Shown here: in pieces, positions 26,590-35,933 of the stretch
Layout of the letters: each line of letters starts with the position of its first letter
Position numbering within the stretch: the stretch's first letter is position 1
NCBI GenBank assembly: GCA_946623205.1
Contig: CAMOQV010000002.1
Coordinates: forward strand, 1 to 38,566
Direction: 5' to 3'
Source of the DNA: an uncultured Clostridia bacterium
Lineage (GTDB): Bacteria > Bacillota > Clostridia > Christensenellales > UBA3700
Length of the DNA: 38,566 nt
The notes under the pieces: model-generated
The model's input: only the letters and a program-made list of their open reading frames with translations
Databases searched by the model: none
Told to the model about the DNA's origin: nothing
Position numbers and translations under genes: made by a program

Positions 26590-27384
26590 ATGCCAGAATT
26601 TGTATATCCGTTAATTGGAATATCGCTAATATTTATATGTACAACTTTAGGCGCGCTTTTAGTGTTCTTTATTCGCAAAAAAGAAATATCTCCTAAATGG
26701 AATATCATATTTATGGGATTTGCAGCTGGCGTAATGTTTTCTGCATCATTCTTCTCGCTAATTAAGCCTGCATTAGAGGCGGAAATTACATATATGCCAA
26801 ATTGGGCTGTTGTTGGGCTTTCAATAATACTTGGTGCAGGATTTTTATGGTTAATAGATAAATTAGTTCCACATTTCCATGCTAACGAAAATAAAGAAGA
26901 AGGTATTAACGCAAAGGGGTTATCTAAGACTTCGAAAATGTTTTTAGCAGTAACAATCCATAATGTTCCAGAAGGATTGTCTGTCGGAATAGCATTTGGT
27001 GTTGCGTTATCTCAAACTAATAATTTATCTTTACTAATGGGAGCTTTATTGTTGGCTGTAGGTATTGGTATTCAAAATATACCAGAAGGAGCTGTTGTCT
27101 CTTTGCCAATAAAAGGGGAAACAGGCTCTTCTGGTAAAGCATTTTTATTTGGTATGTTATCTGGAATTGTAGAACCAATAGCGGCGGTAATTGGCTTATT
27201 CTTAGCAATGCAAATACAGGGTATAATGCCATGGGCTTTAGCATTTGCTGCAGGATGCATGATTTATGTTGTTGCTGAAGAAATGATTCCGGAAATGGCA
27301 AGTGATGGACAAAATCATTATGGAGTTTGGGCTTTCTTTATTGGCTTTGTAGTTATGCTTGCGCTAGATTGCATACAAATATAG
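26590..27384 (+). CDS. ZIP-family divalent metal (zinc) transporter, ZupT-like
   Basis: HNVPEGLSVG and QNIPEGAVVS signature helices, about 8 TM segments, GGAGG RBS. Confidence 0.85.
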   Translation: MPEFVYPLIGISLIFICTTLGALLVFFIRKKEISPKWNIIFMGFAAGVMFSASFFSLIKPALEAEITYMPNWAVVGLSIILGAGFLWLIDKLVPHFHANENKEEGINAKGLSKTSKMFLAVTIHNVPEGLSVGIAFGVALSQTNNLSLLMGALLLAVGIGIQNIPEGAVVSLPIKGETGSSGKAFLFGMLSGIVEPIAAVIGLFLAMQIQGIMPWALAFAAGCMIYVVAEEMIPEMASDGQNHYGVWAFFIGFVVMLALDCIQI

Positions 27385-27427
27385 TGAAAGGAAAACTTCA
27401 TAATTATACTTCTCATATGACCAAAGG

Positions 27428-27470
27428 GAACTCGCAATTGAAATTTAACTATTGTGAGTTCTCTTTATTT
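27428..27470 (+). terminator. Terminator after the ZIP gene
   Basis: GAACTCGCAAT-loop-ATTGTGAGTTC hairpin followed by TCTTTATTTT. Confidence 0.8.
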
Positions 27471-27611
27471 TGAGAAATATAAAAGAAGTCGTATTTGCGA
27501 AAATATGCCAAAATGTGTTAGTTTCTAGCCCCTATATTTATATCCGCGCGATTACTTGCAATAATAAATATGATAATGATATAATAGCCACGTCAAACAT
27601 AGGAGTACATA

Positions 27612-28748
27612 ATGAAAATAGTAGTTGTTATTGATTATTTTGGAAAAACAACCAACGGAACTACGATGACTGCAAGACATCTTGTTTCAAGATTAAGAGC
27701 AAAGGGTCATGATGTTAGAGTGTTAACAGGAATAGGAAATGACTGGGAAGGAGTTTACGCAACTGGTATAGATAAAGGATTTTTACCATTATATTGGGCA
27801 TGTAAAGCTCATGGCTTTATAATGGCCAAAGTTAACTGGAAAATAATTAAAGAGGCATTAGAAGGAGCAGATGTTGTTCATTTCTTAACCCCATTCCATT
27901 TCAGTAGAAGAATTAAGATATATTGTGATAAGCATGGAATTGCGACAACTTCAGCATTCCATGTTCAACCAGAAAATATAACATCAAGTATTTATTTAGG
28001 AAAATGGAAAGCTCTAAACAGTTGGATTTATAAGTTATACAAGGATTATTTCTATAGAAAATTTGATGTTATCCACTGTCCATCTCAAATGATTGCCAAT
28101 CAATTAGCTAGTCATGGTTATAAGGCAGAATTAAAAGTAATATCTAATGGTATTGCTCCTAAATTCCATCCAATAGAAGCTCAAAGACCAGAAGAATATA
28201 AAGATTATTATTTAATTGCTATGGTTGGAAGAATCTCTAGAGAAAAGAGACAAGACCTTCTTATAAAAGCAATTGCACATTCAAAATATGCAGATAAGAT
28301 TAAATTGTTATTGCCAGGTAGCGGTCCATGGTTAATGGATATTAGGAATATGGCAAAGAAATATTTAAAGAACGAAGCATATATTGGTTGGATGCAACAA
28401 GAAGATTTAATTAAAGTTTTGAATTATTTAGATTTATATGTACATGCTTCAGATGTAGAAATAGAAGCTATTTCTTGTATGGAAGCCTTCGCTTGTGGTA
28501 TGGTTCCAGTTATCTCAGATAGTCCAATTAGTGCTACTAGCCAATTTGCCTTAACAGAGAATAATAAATTCAAGGCTGGCGATTATAAGGACTTAAGTGC
28601 TAAAATAGATTATTGGATAGAGCATGACGAAGAGAAGAAGGCGTTATCTAAGCAATATGTTGAGTATGCAAAACAATATGCCGTAGATAAGTGCGTTGAT
28701 CAATTAGAGAATATGCTTATCGAGGAATATAATAAAAAGCATGTGTAA
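27612..28748 (+). CDS. Family 4 (GT-B) glycosyltransferase, glycolipid-synthase-like
   Basis: N-terminus NGTTMTARHLVSRLRAKGHDV and the C-terminal EAISCMEAFACGMVPVISD motif are typical of GT4. Confidence 0.8.
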   Translation: MKIVVVIDYFGKTTNGTTMTARHLVSRLRAKGHDVRVLTGIGNDWEGVYATGIDKGFLPLYWACKAHGFIMAKVNWKIIKEALEGADVVHFLTPFHFSRRIKIYCDKHGIATTSAFHVQPENITSSIYLGKWKALNSWIYKLYKDYFYRKFDVIHCPSQMIANQLASHGYKAELKVISNGIAPKFHPIEAQRPEEYKDYYLIAMVGRISREKRQDLLIKAIAHSKYADKIKLLLPGSGPWLMDIRNMAKKYLKNEAYIGWMQQEDLIKVLNYLDLYVHASDVEIEAISCMEAFACGMVPVISDSPISATSQFALTENNKFKAGDYKDLSAKIDYWIEHDEEKKALSKQYVEYAKQYAVDKCVDQLENMLIEEYNKKHV

Positions 28749-29571
28749 GAAAAACATACCAGTAAAGACAATATATTACAAAGATGAGTTGAATGATGAT
28801 TTTGCTTCAACTCAAGATATGGCAAAGAAACAAATCGACGAGAAGTATAATTACTTCAAAGTCGATAAGTTTTTTTTAAAGGCATTATCTAAAACTTTGT
28901 ATTATATTTTAGCAAAGCCAGTTTTGTGGCTTTTAAATAAAATTATCTTTAATTTAAAATTCGTTAACAAAAAGGTGTTTAGACAACGCGGCAAAAAGGG
29001 TTGCTTTATATATGCTAACCACACTAATTATTTGCCAGATGCAACTGTTGGATCTCTAGTTCATTGGGGCCAAAACCAAGTTGTATGTGGCTCTGAACCA
29101 GTAACAATTCCTGTAATTGGTCCGCTTGTTGCCGGAGTAGGCGCATTGCCTTTAGGAAATACAATATCTGCAAAAAAGAATTTTATGAAATTTATGAAAT
29201 CAAGATTGGACAAAAATGATTCTATATCAATTTATCCAGAAGCTCATATTTGGCCATATTTTACTGGCGTTAGAAATTTCATCCCAGGTTCTATGGCATA
29301 TCCATGTGAATATAATGTTCCATCATTTTCAATAACAATGTGCTATCAAAAGAAGAAGTTCTCAAAATCTCCAAAGATGATAGCTATATGTGATGGGCCA
29401 TTCTATCCAGATTTAGAATTACCTAAAAAAGAACGCATAAATAAATTGCGTGATGAGATTTATAATACGATGTTAGAGAATACTAAAAAGTATTCAACCT
29501 ATGAATATTATAAATACATAAAACAAGATGAAGATAAAATAGAAGAAGAAAAAGTTGAGGCTGTTACATAA
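28741..29571 (+). CDS. Lysophospholipid/1-acyl-glycerol-3-phosphate acyltransferase-family protein
   Basis: ANHTNYLPD (variant HX4-5D box) and IYPEAH block. Overlaps the GT4 gene by 8 nt. Confidence 0.65.
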   Translation: MCKKNIPVKTIYYKDELNDDFASTQDMAKKQIDEKYNYFKVDKFFLKALSKTLYYILAKPVLWLLNKIIFNLKFVNKKVFRQRGKKGCFIYANHTNYLPDATVGSLVHWGQNQVVCGSEPVTIPVIGPLVAGVGALPLGNTISAKKNFMKFMKSRLDKNDSISIYPEAHIWPYFTGVRNFIPGSMAYPCEYNVPSFSITMCYQKKKFSKSPKMIAICDGPFYPDLELPKKERINKLRDEIYNTMLENTKKYSTYEYYKYIKQDEDKIEEEKVEAVT

Positions 29572-29578
29572 CAGCCTC
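29557..29578. terminator. Hairpin between convergent genes (overlaps the acyltransferase stop)
   Basis: GAGGCTGTT-acat-AACAGCCTC, followed by ATATTTTTA on plus. Confidence 0.6.
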
Positions 29579-29584
29579 ATATTT

Positions 29585-30559
29585 TTATTGTTGAGCTTTA
29601 TCTGAATTGAACAGATCTTCTATTATTTTTGCAAATGCAATTGAGTTTTGATGTGTCCATTCTTCGCATTCTAGTTTGCCTTCTTGTATGGCTTTTTTGC
29701 TTGCAATTAATTCATACTCAAATCCGCCATATTTTGGCTTAGTCCATTTACAAGAAGTCAAAATGCCATATTTGTTTTTAGTTGTAATAAGGTTTGGACA
29801 ATTTACCATATCTATGTTCATTTTTCCTTTATCGCCCTCAATTTTAACCGTTAGAGATAGTTTGGATGTGCCATCAACTTTACAGATGCCCTTAGCACCA
29901 TTTTTGTAATTAAATGTTAAATCTTCTTTTATATCTACGCCATCTTTATATACGATATTGTTAACGTCATATGATTCATAATCAAAGCCTAATGTTCTAA
30001 ACACGAAAGATACTGGGTAGATTCCGATGTCCATTAATACACCGCCACCTAGGGCTCTAGATGTAACACGTTCTTTATGCATCAAAGGAACCATAAATTT
30101 TGCAGTCATAGATTTGATGTTTCCAATTTTCTTTTTCGTATATAGCAATTCTTGAATATATTTTCTTGAAGGCATAAAGCTAGTCCACAATGCTTCAGAT
30201 ATAAATACACCAGCTTCCTCGAACTTTTTATAAATACTTTGAGTGTCTTTTAAAGAAGTTGTTAGTGCCTTTTCGCATAAAACTGGCTTTTTGTATTTTA
30301 AACACAATTCCATTTGCTCTAAATGTACAGAGTGTGGAGTAGAGATGTATACCATATCTACATTCTCATCTTTCAACATATCCTCATATGAATAATATGC
30401 TTTTTGAAAACCATATTTTTCTTTGAATGCTTCAGCTTTATCTTTTGATCTTGAAGCAACTGCGTAATTACAAAATCCTGGCAATCTTTTAATTGTCGAA
30501 GCCATCTTGTTAGCAATGTGGCCAGGTCCTATTAATCCAATTCTTAGTTCCTTTTCCAT
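29585..30559 (-). CDS. Gfo/Idh/MocA-family NAD(P)-dependent oxidoreductase
   Basis: LRIGLIGPGHIANKM Rossmann N-terminus and EKALT motif. Start set at ATG 30559 after GAGAGG. Confidence 0.85.
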   Translation of the reverse strand: MEKELRIGLIGPGHIANKMASTIKRLPGFCNYAVASRSKDKAEAFKEKYGFQKAYYSYEDMLKDENVDMVYISTPHSVHLEQMELCLKYKKPVLCEKALTTSLKDTQSIYKKFEEAGVFISEALWTSFMPSRKYIQELLYTKKKIGNIKSMTAKFMVPLMHKERVTSRALGGGVLMDIGIYPVSFVFRTLGFDYESYDVNNIVYKDGVDIKEDLTFNYKNGAKGICKVDGTSKLSLTVKIEGDKGKMNIDMVNCPNLITTKNKYGILTSCKWTKPKYGGFEYELIASKKAIQEGKLECEEWTHQNSIAFAKIIEDLFNSDKAQQ

Positions 30560-30716
30560 ATAACCTCTCAAGTATTTAGATTAGTTATATCATAAATAAA
30601 AAATAATAATTTTACAAGATTAAATTAAATGCACATATATTCTAGTAAAATTAGAGTTATAATATTATTAATACTAGATGCTGCACTTAAAGATTTTTTA
30701 AGTGCGCTTTTTTATA

Positions 30717-32192
30717 ATGATTAAAATGTGTATTAGTAAAAAGAGATTTTGGGTTATTGTTATTGCATATTTACTTTTGGTGGTAGTTATTTTATCTACT
30801 GTCATTTTTGTGCTTAATTCGTCGTATACCTATTCACCAGTTCATGCAGATAGAATGATAAAAGAAGGGGAGATGTGTGAATTAACAATAGAATATAATG
30901 GTGCAAAAGGTAAGCCAGATAAAGAAGTTATCTATGTTGAGGCGTTCTCAACTTATAATTTTCCAGAAATAGAAAGAGATGGATTTAAATTCTTTTGTTG
31001 GTTTTGCAACTTTGTTGCATGTAAAGATTCTGTAGAGATAAGATCTAAAAAAATTAGAGCAATAGCTCAATTTGAAAAAGACTATTCTTTAGTTAATGCA
31101 CCATGCGCAATTTATAATTCAAATACTGCTTTTGATGAATTTGAAGTGGGAGATTATCCTTCTATAAATAAAAAAGTTAAAGATGTTTATTTAGATGGAG
31201 GTTATAAGGCCATTATTTATTCAAAAGAAAATTTTAAAGGAAAACAAACAGAAGTTTATTATCAAGGCGTTTATTCAGGCAAAATCGGTTCTATGAAAGT
31301 AGAAAAATTATCTACAAATAGAGTAAAGATTAATGAATTGAATGACGAAACAAAATATGATCTTTTAAAATCGTATGCGCCAAGATTTTGGTGGGATGAA
31401 GATGAACAGTATTATGCATCTTCTGTTGAATTTGCTTTGCAAAATTTAACTCGTACTTTATCTCCAGATGGATATATGGGTGTGATTTCAGATTTGGATT
31501 CTCCAAACTATAAATCAGATTATTTGTATGGTGATAAGCAAAACATGAAAACATATGGTTTTATTGTAGAAAAAGAATATAAGTATTTAGATCTTTGCTA
31601 TTATCTTTATTTCCCATACAATAAAGCAAAAGAAATGTTCGGTATAGAATTTGGTAACCATATTGGCGATTGGGAACATTTAAATGTTAGATTGCTTTTA
31701 GATAAAGACGGGGAAGATTGGTATATAACGCCGATATTTGCGCAATATAGTATCCATAGTGAAAGAATATATATGCCTTGGGAGAATGTGCCAAAAATTG
31801 ATAATACACATCCTGTTGGCTATATTGCAAATGGAAGCCATGGCATTTGGCCATATGCAGGAAAGAATGTATACAAAGATTTGTTTATAATAAAACTTTC
31901 AGATGTATGTTCTGAAGGCGAGGCTTGGGATACTTGGGAAGGAAACAGTTTAGAAACATATTCATATGACGCTCTAACTTGGTCTGGAAAGGGGATAGGG
32001 AATAGCGAGTGGAATACTTGTTTTGACCATGATTTTTATAACGAAAACTCAAATGCAATAATTAGATGGGGTAATTATGGGTTTGATTATCCAGTCCAAT
32101 TATATCCAAGACTGCAAAATGCGCCAGAAGGGCCAACTTGTAAAAAGAGCGTATTTAATTATTTCACAATGGATACAAAATTCGTTTATTAA
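30717..32192 (+). CDS. Membrane-anchored protein with a beta/gamma-crystallin-like segment and a Vps62/DUF946-like domain
   Basis: N-terminal TM anchor. GYKAIIYSKENFKGKQTEVYYQGVYSGKIGSMKV resembles a crystallin-type Greek key. YAPRFWWDEDEQYYASSVEF and GDWEHLNVRL resemble Vps62-family motifs, recalled from memory. The listed GTG 30702 lies inside a terminator-like hairpin, so ATG 30717 or 30726 is preferred. Confidence 0.45.
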   Translation: MIKMCISKKRFWVIVIAYLLLVVVILSTVIFVLNSSYTYSPVHADRMIKEGEMCELTIEYNGAKGKPDKEVIYVEAFSTYNFPEIERDGFKFFCWFCNFVACKDSVEIRSKKIRAIAQFEKDYSLVNAPCAIYNSNTAFDEFEVGDYPSINKKVKDVYLDGGYKAIIYSKENFKGKQTEVYYQGVYSGKIGSMKVEKLSTNRVKINELNDETKYDLLKSYAPRFWWDEDEQYYASSVEFALQNLTRTLSPDGYMGVISDLDSPNYKSDYLYGDKQNMKTYGFIVEKEYKYLDLCYYLYFPYNKAKEMFGIEFGNHIGDWEHLNVRLLLDKDGEDWYITPIFAQYSIHSERIYMPWENVPKIDNTHPVGYIANGSHGIWPYAGKNVYKDLFIIKLSDVCSEGEAWDTWEGNSLETYSYDALTWSGKGIGNSEWNTCFDHDFYNENSNAIIRWGNYGFDYPVQLYPRLQNAPEGPTCKKSVFNYFTMDTKFVY

Positions 32193-32253
32193 TCTCTTCA
32201 TTGCATACAATGCAATAATAAGTTAGAATTGAAGTGCAATAAAAGGGAAGATT

Positions 32254-33246
32254 ATGAAAAAATTATTTTGCGTTTTTCTATTTATTTGTATTTCTTTAAT
32301 TATGTTTGTTGGATGCAAAGATAAAGAATTGCATTTATCTAAGGGCACAAAATCTGAAGAAGCTCAATGCGTTTATGATTATATAATTTCTTTAACAGGC
32401 ACTAGCGTGCTTTCTGGTCAACAAGAATCTACTTGGATTTCTGAAGATTACGAATTTGATTACATCTATGAACACACGGGCAAATATCCCGCAATCAGAG
32501 GATTTGACTATATCAACGATGACTTTGCTGGCGTTAATCAAAGAGCTATTAAATGGTGGCAAAAGGGCGGTATAGTAACAATCTGTTGGCATACAGGTAA
32601 GAACTTTTCAGGCGGATATAATCAATGCAAGGAAGATGTTGTAGACAATTGGGATGACATGTTCACAGAAGGAACAGATGCATATAAGCAAATGATTGCA
32701 GGATTAGATAAAGGTGCAGCTGCGTTGAAAGAATTGAAAGAGGCGGGTGTTCCTGTTTTGTGGAGACCGTTCCATGAGTTATATGGAGATTGGTTTTGGT
32801 GGTCGAAAGGTGGCCCTGAAAACTTCAAAAAGCTTTGGATCACAATGTATGAAAGATATACAAATTATTGGAAGCTAGATAATTTAATTTGGGTGTTAGG
32901 ATATTCTCATATGAATTACGATTGGGATAAAGACGCAAAAGGAAAAGGCGCGGAAGATTGGTATCCAGGAGATGATTATTGTGACATCGTTGGTGCAGAT
33001 AGTTATGCTGCAGGTAAGCATATTGTTATAAACAAACGCATCAATAAATTAAATAAAGGCAACAAGCCTACGGCTTATCATGAATGTGGAACTAATCCAA
33101 CAATAGAAGAATTAAATAAAACGACATGGACATATTTTATGACATGGCATACAACATGGTTAACGCAAGATAATACAATTGATGCTCTAAATGCATTATA
33201 TAATGATGGGAAAATTATTACATTAGACGAATTGCCAAGGTTTTAG
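32254..33246 (+). CDS. GH26-family glycoside hydrolase (beta-mannanase-like) lipoprotein
   Basis: Lipobox LIMFVGC. WRPFHELYGDWFWW matches the GH26 catalytic acid/base region, and WHTxW near the C-terminus also fits. Confidence 0.75.
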   Translation: MKKLFCVFLFICISLIMFVGCKDKELHLSKGTKSEEAQCVYDYIISLTGTSVLSGQQESTWISEDYEFDYIYEHTGKYPAIRGFDYINDDFAGVNQRAIKWWQKGGIVTICWHTGKNFSGGYNQCKEDVVDNWDDMFTEGTDAYKQMIAGLDKGAAALKELKEAGVPVLWRPFHELYGDWFWWSKGGPENFKKLWITMYERYTNYWKLDNLIWVLGYSHMNYDWDKDAKGKGAEDWYPGDDYCDIVGADSYAAGKHIVINKRINKLNKGNKPTAYHECGTNPTIEELNKTTWTYFMTWHTTWLTQDNTIDALNALYNDGKIITLDELPRF

Positions 33247-33248
33247 TA

Positions 33249-33869
33249 ATGGATATGAAAGATTTTATTAATAAGTTAAAACAATATGATTTAAATTTTA
33301 TATTTACAATCGTGGGATTGCTTGTTTTTGGCGTTATTCATATGGTTGGATGCATTATGTCATTTTCATGGCTATCTATGAACTATATGTTATTTTGCTA
33401 TGTATTTATAGTTATTATGTTTTTGGTTAAATATTTATTTAAGAACATAAAGACATCTACAGAGTATTTGCTTTTGGCAATTTTATATATTGTGTTATTA
33501 ATTCCGTTGATTGTTACTTTAGGGGAGACTATAAAATTCAAAGAACCTCCAAATCTAATATTTGATTGGGTAATTTATGGATATGCATTGTTTGCGTTTT
33601 TAAAGATGGGCTTTGCAATAAAAGATTTAATTAAACATAAAAATACAGAAAAAGAAACCTTTGGGTGGCTTGGAATTGTATATGCGGCATTTACTATGTA
33701 TATGTTAGAAAATGCATTAATAACTACGTTTGATACAGGTAGCGATGATACGATGTATATGGAAATGGCTTCACTTATAGCAATTGCTGTTTTAAATTTA
33801 TATTTAATTAGTAAATATTTTGTTCTTTATGTAAAAGAGAAAAACAATAATAAATCTACTCATATTTAA
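33249..33869 (+). CDS. Polytopic membrane protein of unknown function
   Basis: Five to six hydrophobic helices and no recognisable motif. Confidence 0.5.
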   Translation: MDMKDFINKLKQYDLNFIFTIVGLLVFGVIHMVGCIMSFSWLSMNYMLFCYVFIVIMFLVKYLFKNIKTSTEYLLLAILYIVLLIPLIVTLGETIKFKEPPNLIFDWVIYGYALFAFLKMGFAIKDLIKHKNTEKETFGWLGIVYAAFTMYMLENALITTFDTGSDDTMYMEMASLIAIAVLNLYLISKYFVLYVKEKNNNKSTHI

Positions 33870-33933
33870 GTTGCATGTTTATCATTTGAATGAAAGTAAT
33901 TCGATAAGCTAATTAATGGCATTTCGCGCTAAA

Positions 33934-35565
33934 TTAATCATCATTTATTTTAGTATAATTCTTAAAGACTAGCTTCAATGCAAAATGGTTTTTATATACT
34001 AACCAGTAGTGCGCTTGAGACCTTTGTGGCGGAATGTTAGCAAGGCGAGTAGAACTAATATCAAAAGAAAAAGCTGCCTTTTCATAAGCAGCCTCATCCG
34101 TATATACTTCTACGTCACCATAATCCTTTGGATTATTACTATGTGGTCCTTTATGTGGGCCCAGATAATAGGTTATTACAATCTTATCGTCAAACACAAT
34201 TATCTGCTTTATATGATTATGTATGATTTGGCGCTTAAAATGTATATCATCTTTTATCTCTCCAATTAGTACGGATTTAACATATTCTTCAACAATATCT
34301 GGTGTTAGTCTATTTCTATCAAGGGCTTTGGCTCTAGCGAGCTCAAAATCAATATCTGCAAGTTCTTCTTCATGCTTTGTTATCGCTGCCTTAACAGAGT
34401 CGTTATTTAGGCCATTAGAGACGGCGATTATAAGATTCTCGAGTTGTTTTTCAAGTTCGGCTTTTCTTCTCTCTAATACCACCAATTCTAAGTTCTCCGT
34501 TTCTTCATTGTTTAACAGCTCACATTCTTGTTTAACAATCTCATCTAATAATCCTATTTCAGAGAATAGTTTATATGTAGTTTCAAGGACAAGACTTTCT
34601 AACCACTCTTTATTAACATTCTTGTTTGGGCAAGTAGCATGTTTCTCGGATTTCGATCTACAAGAATAGTACATATATTTTGATCCATTACAGCTTCTAC
34701 CAGAAGCACCATATAATGGGGCACGACAATGCCCACATATTAGTTTTCCAGATAGGATATATCCATAAGCAAGATAGTTATTTCTTCTCATATCTTTATA
34801 TTTATCATGGAGAGCAGAAACTCTAGCCCATAAATCATCGTCTATTATTTGAGGATAGATGTTAGTGTAGATTTTTCCATCATGCTCAACTTTTCCTGTG
34901 TATTTAGGATTAATCAAGATTTTGTAAATCATTTTATCTGTGATTAATCGCCCAGATTTGTTTTTAACCTCTCGTTCTTGTAAAGAATCTGCTATTTCTG
35001 TAGCGTTGTATCCATCAGCAAACTTGTTAAAGATTTCAAGGACAATGCCTCTTTCGTATTCGTTTATAACACATCTTCTGTCTTTTAGGTCATAACCAAG
35101 TGGAAGTGCGCCTCCAGTAAAGTATCCTTTTTCGTAGCTTTCTTTTAGTCCACGTTTAACTTTTTGAGATAATTCAGCAGAGTAGTATTGAGCCATACCT
35201 TCAAGCATAGATTCAAAGATAATCTTTTCTGGAGTATCAGGAATATGTTCTGTGGCTGAAACAACAGTAACACCATTTTCTTTAAGTGTATGCTTATGTA
35301 CAGCAGTATCGTATTTATCTCTTGAGAATCTATCTAGTTTGTAGACAATAACCATTTCCCATTCATGCTTTTTACAATCTTTCATCATAAGTTGGAAAGA
35401 AGGTCTTGAATCATTAGTACCAGATCTAGCTCTATCTATGTATTCATTGACGATATAGATATTATTCTTCTTAGCAAATTCATGACAAACTCTTAACTGA
35501 CCTTCTATAGATTGTTCAGTTTGTGAACTACATGAGAATCTTGCATATATTACTGCTTTCTTCAT
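33934..35565 (-). CDS. Large serine recombinase/integrase
   Basis: Resolvase catalytic N-terminus (AVIYARFSCSSQTEQSIEGQ...DRARSGTNDSRP...VYKLDRFSRD), a recombinase domain, a Cys-rich zinc ribbon (CGHCRAP...YYSCRS..HATCPN) and a coiled coil. Start set at ATG 35565 (MKKAVIY). Confidence 0.9.
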   Translation of the reverse strand: MKKAVIYARFSCSSQTEQSIEGQLRVCHEFAKKNNIYIVNEYIDRARSGTNDSRPSFQLMMKDCKKHEWEMVIVYKLDRFSRDKYDTAVHKHTLKENGVTVVSATEHIPDTPEKIIFESMLEGMAQYYSAELSQKVKRGLKESYEKGYFTGGALPLGYDLKDRRCVINEYERGIVLEIFNKFADGYNATEIADSLQEREVKNKSGRLITDKMIYKILINPKYTGKVEHDGKIYTNIYPQIIDDDLWARVSALHDKYKDMRRNNYLAYGYILSGKLICGHCRAPLYGASGRSCNGSKYMYYSCRSKSEKHATCPNKNVNKEWLESLVLETTYKLFSEIGLLDEIVKQECELLNNEETENLELVVLERRKAELEKQLENLIIAVSNGLNNDSVKAAITKHEEELADIDFELARAKALDRNRLTPDIVEEYVKSVLIGEIKDDIHFKRQIIHNHIKQIIVFDDKIVITYYLGPHKGPHSNNPKDYGDVEVYTDEAAYEKAAFSFDISSTRLANIPPQRSQAHYWLVYKNHFALKLVFKNYTKINDD

Positions 35566-35598
35566 ATCTAAGTTTTTCAACTCCTTATTAAGTTATAT

Positions 35599-35709
35599 TT
35601 GTCTTTCGACACCTTCGAAAAATCAAAAAGGAATGAATTGGTCAAGGGGGAAAAGAAACTGAACCTTTACCAAAAAGGGAATTTTTGATACCCGCTTTCC
35701 GAAAGACAA
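35599..35709. repeat. Nested inverted repeats (three concentric helices) between the recombinase and Rep-like genes
   Basis: TTGTCTTTCG (35599-35608) pairs with CGAAAGACAA (35700-35709). ATCAAAAA (35622-35629) pairs with TTTTTGAT (35682-35689). GGTCAAGG (35640-35647) pairs with CCTTTACC (35664-35671), with one mismatch. Confidence 0.7.
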
Positions 35710-35728
35710 TTTGATGCTAGCATGTGAA

Positions 35729-35879
35729 CGGGTGAGATTGCGTGGTAGTAAATAGGGAGTAGAGGTGAGTAGAATAGTGGTGGATAGCGATAAGTACACT
35801 AAAAGTACACCTAAATCTCACCTTTACCTCACCTTTGTACCCATTTATCTCACTTTTACTCCCCCGAAAGCTCACCTTT
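35729..35879. repeat. Iteron-like array: CTCACCTTT-type repeats with inverted copies upstream, and an AAGTACAC x2 core
   Basis: CTCACCTTT at 35817, 35828 and 35871, and CTCACTTTT at 35848. Inverted AGAGGTGAG (35761-35769) and GGGTGAG (35730-35736). AAGTACAC at 35792 and 35803 (11-nt spacing). Confidence 0.7.
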
Positions 35880-35933
35880 AAAACCTATATATTAAATATG
35901 GCAATTGATGTTGCTAAAAATAATAGGAGGTCA

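Noticed and set aside
19351-27301. Shadow ORFs 19351-19563, 23270-23473, 23491-23682, 23719-23901, 24186-24452, 24572-24796, 24978-25565, 25989-26237, 26221-26449, 27017-27301 and 27072-27260.
   Set aside because: They are antisense or alternative-frame to the helicase, TetR, feoA, feoB and ZIP genes. 23270-23473 spans the TetR 5' end and the feo promoter with no RBS. At 26221-26449 the plus-strand Cys-rich peptide coupled to feoB is the better explanation.
33870-33933. Tried to define the exact att core at the recombinase-proximal junction.
   Set aside because: Only one end of the element is in the window, so no repeat partner is available. The AT-rich palindromic bits (TAATTAA) are not distinctive enough to call.
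35835-35933. TTG-initiated extension of the Rep-like ORF.
   Set aside because: It lies within the iteron array and has no RBS, whereas AGGAGG sits just before the ATG pair at 35934/35937.
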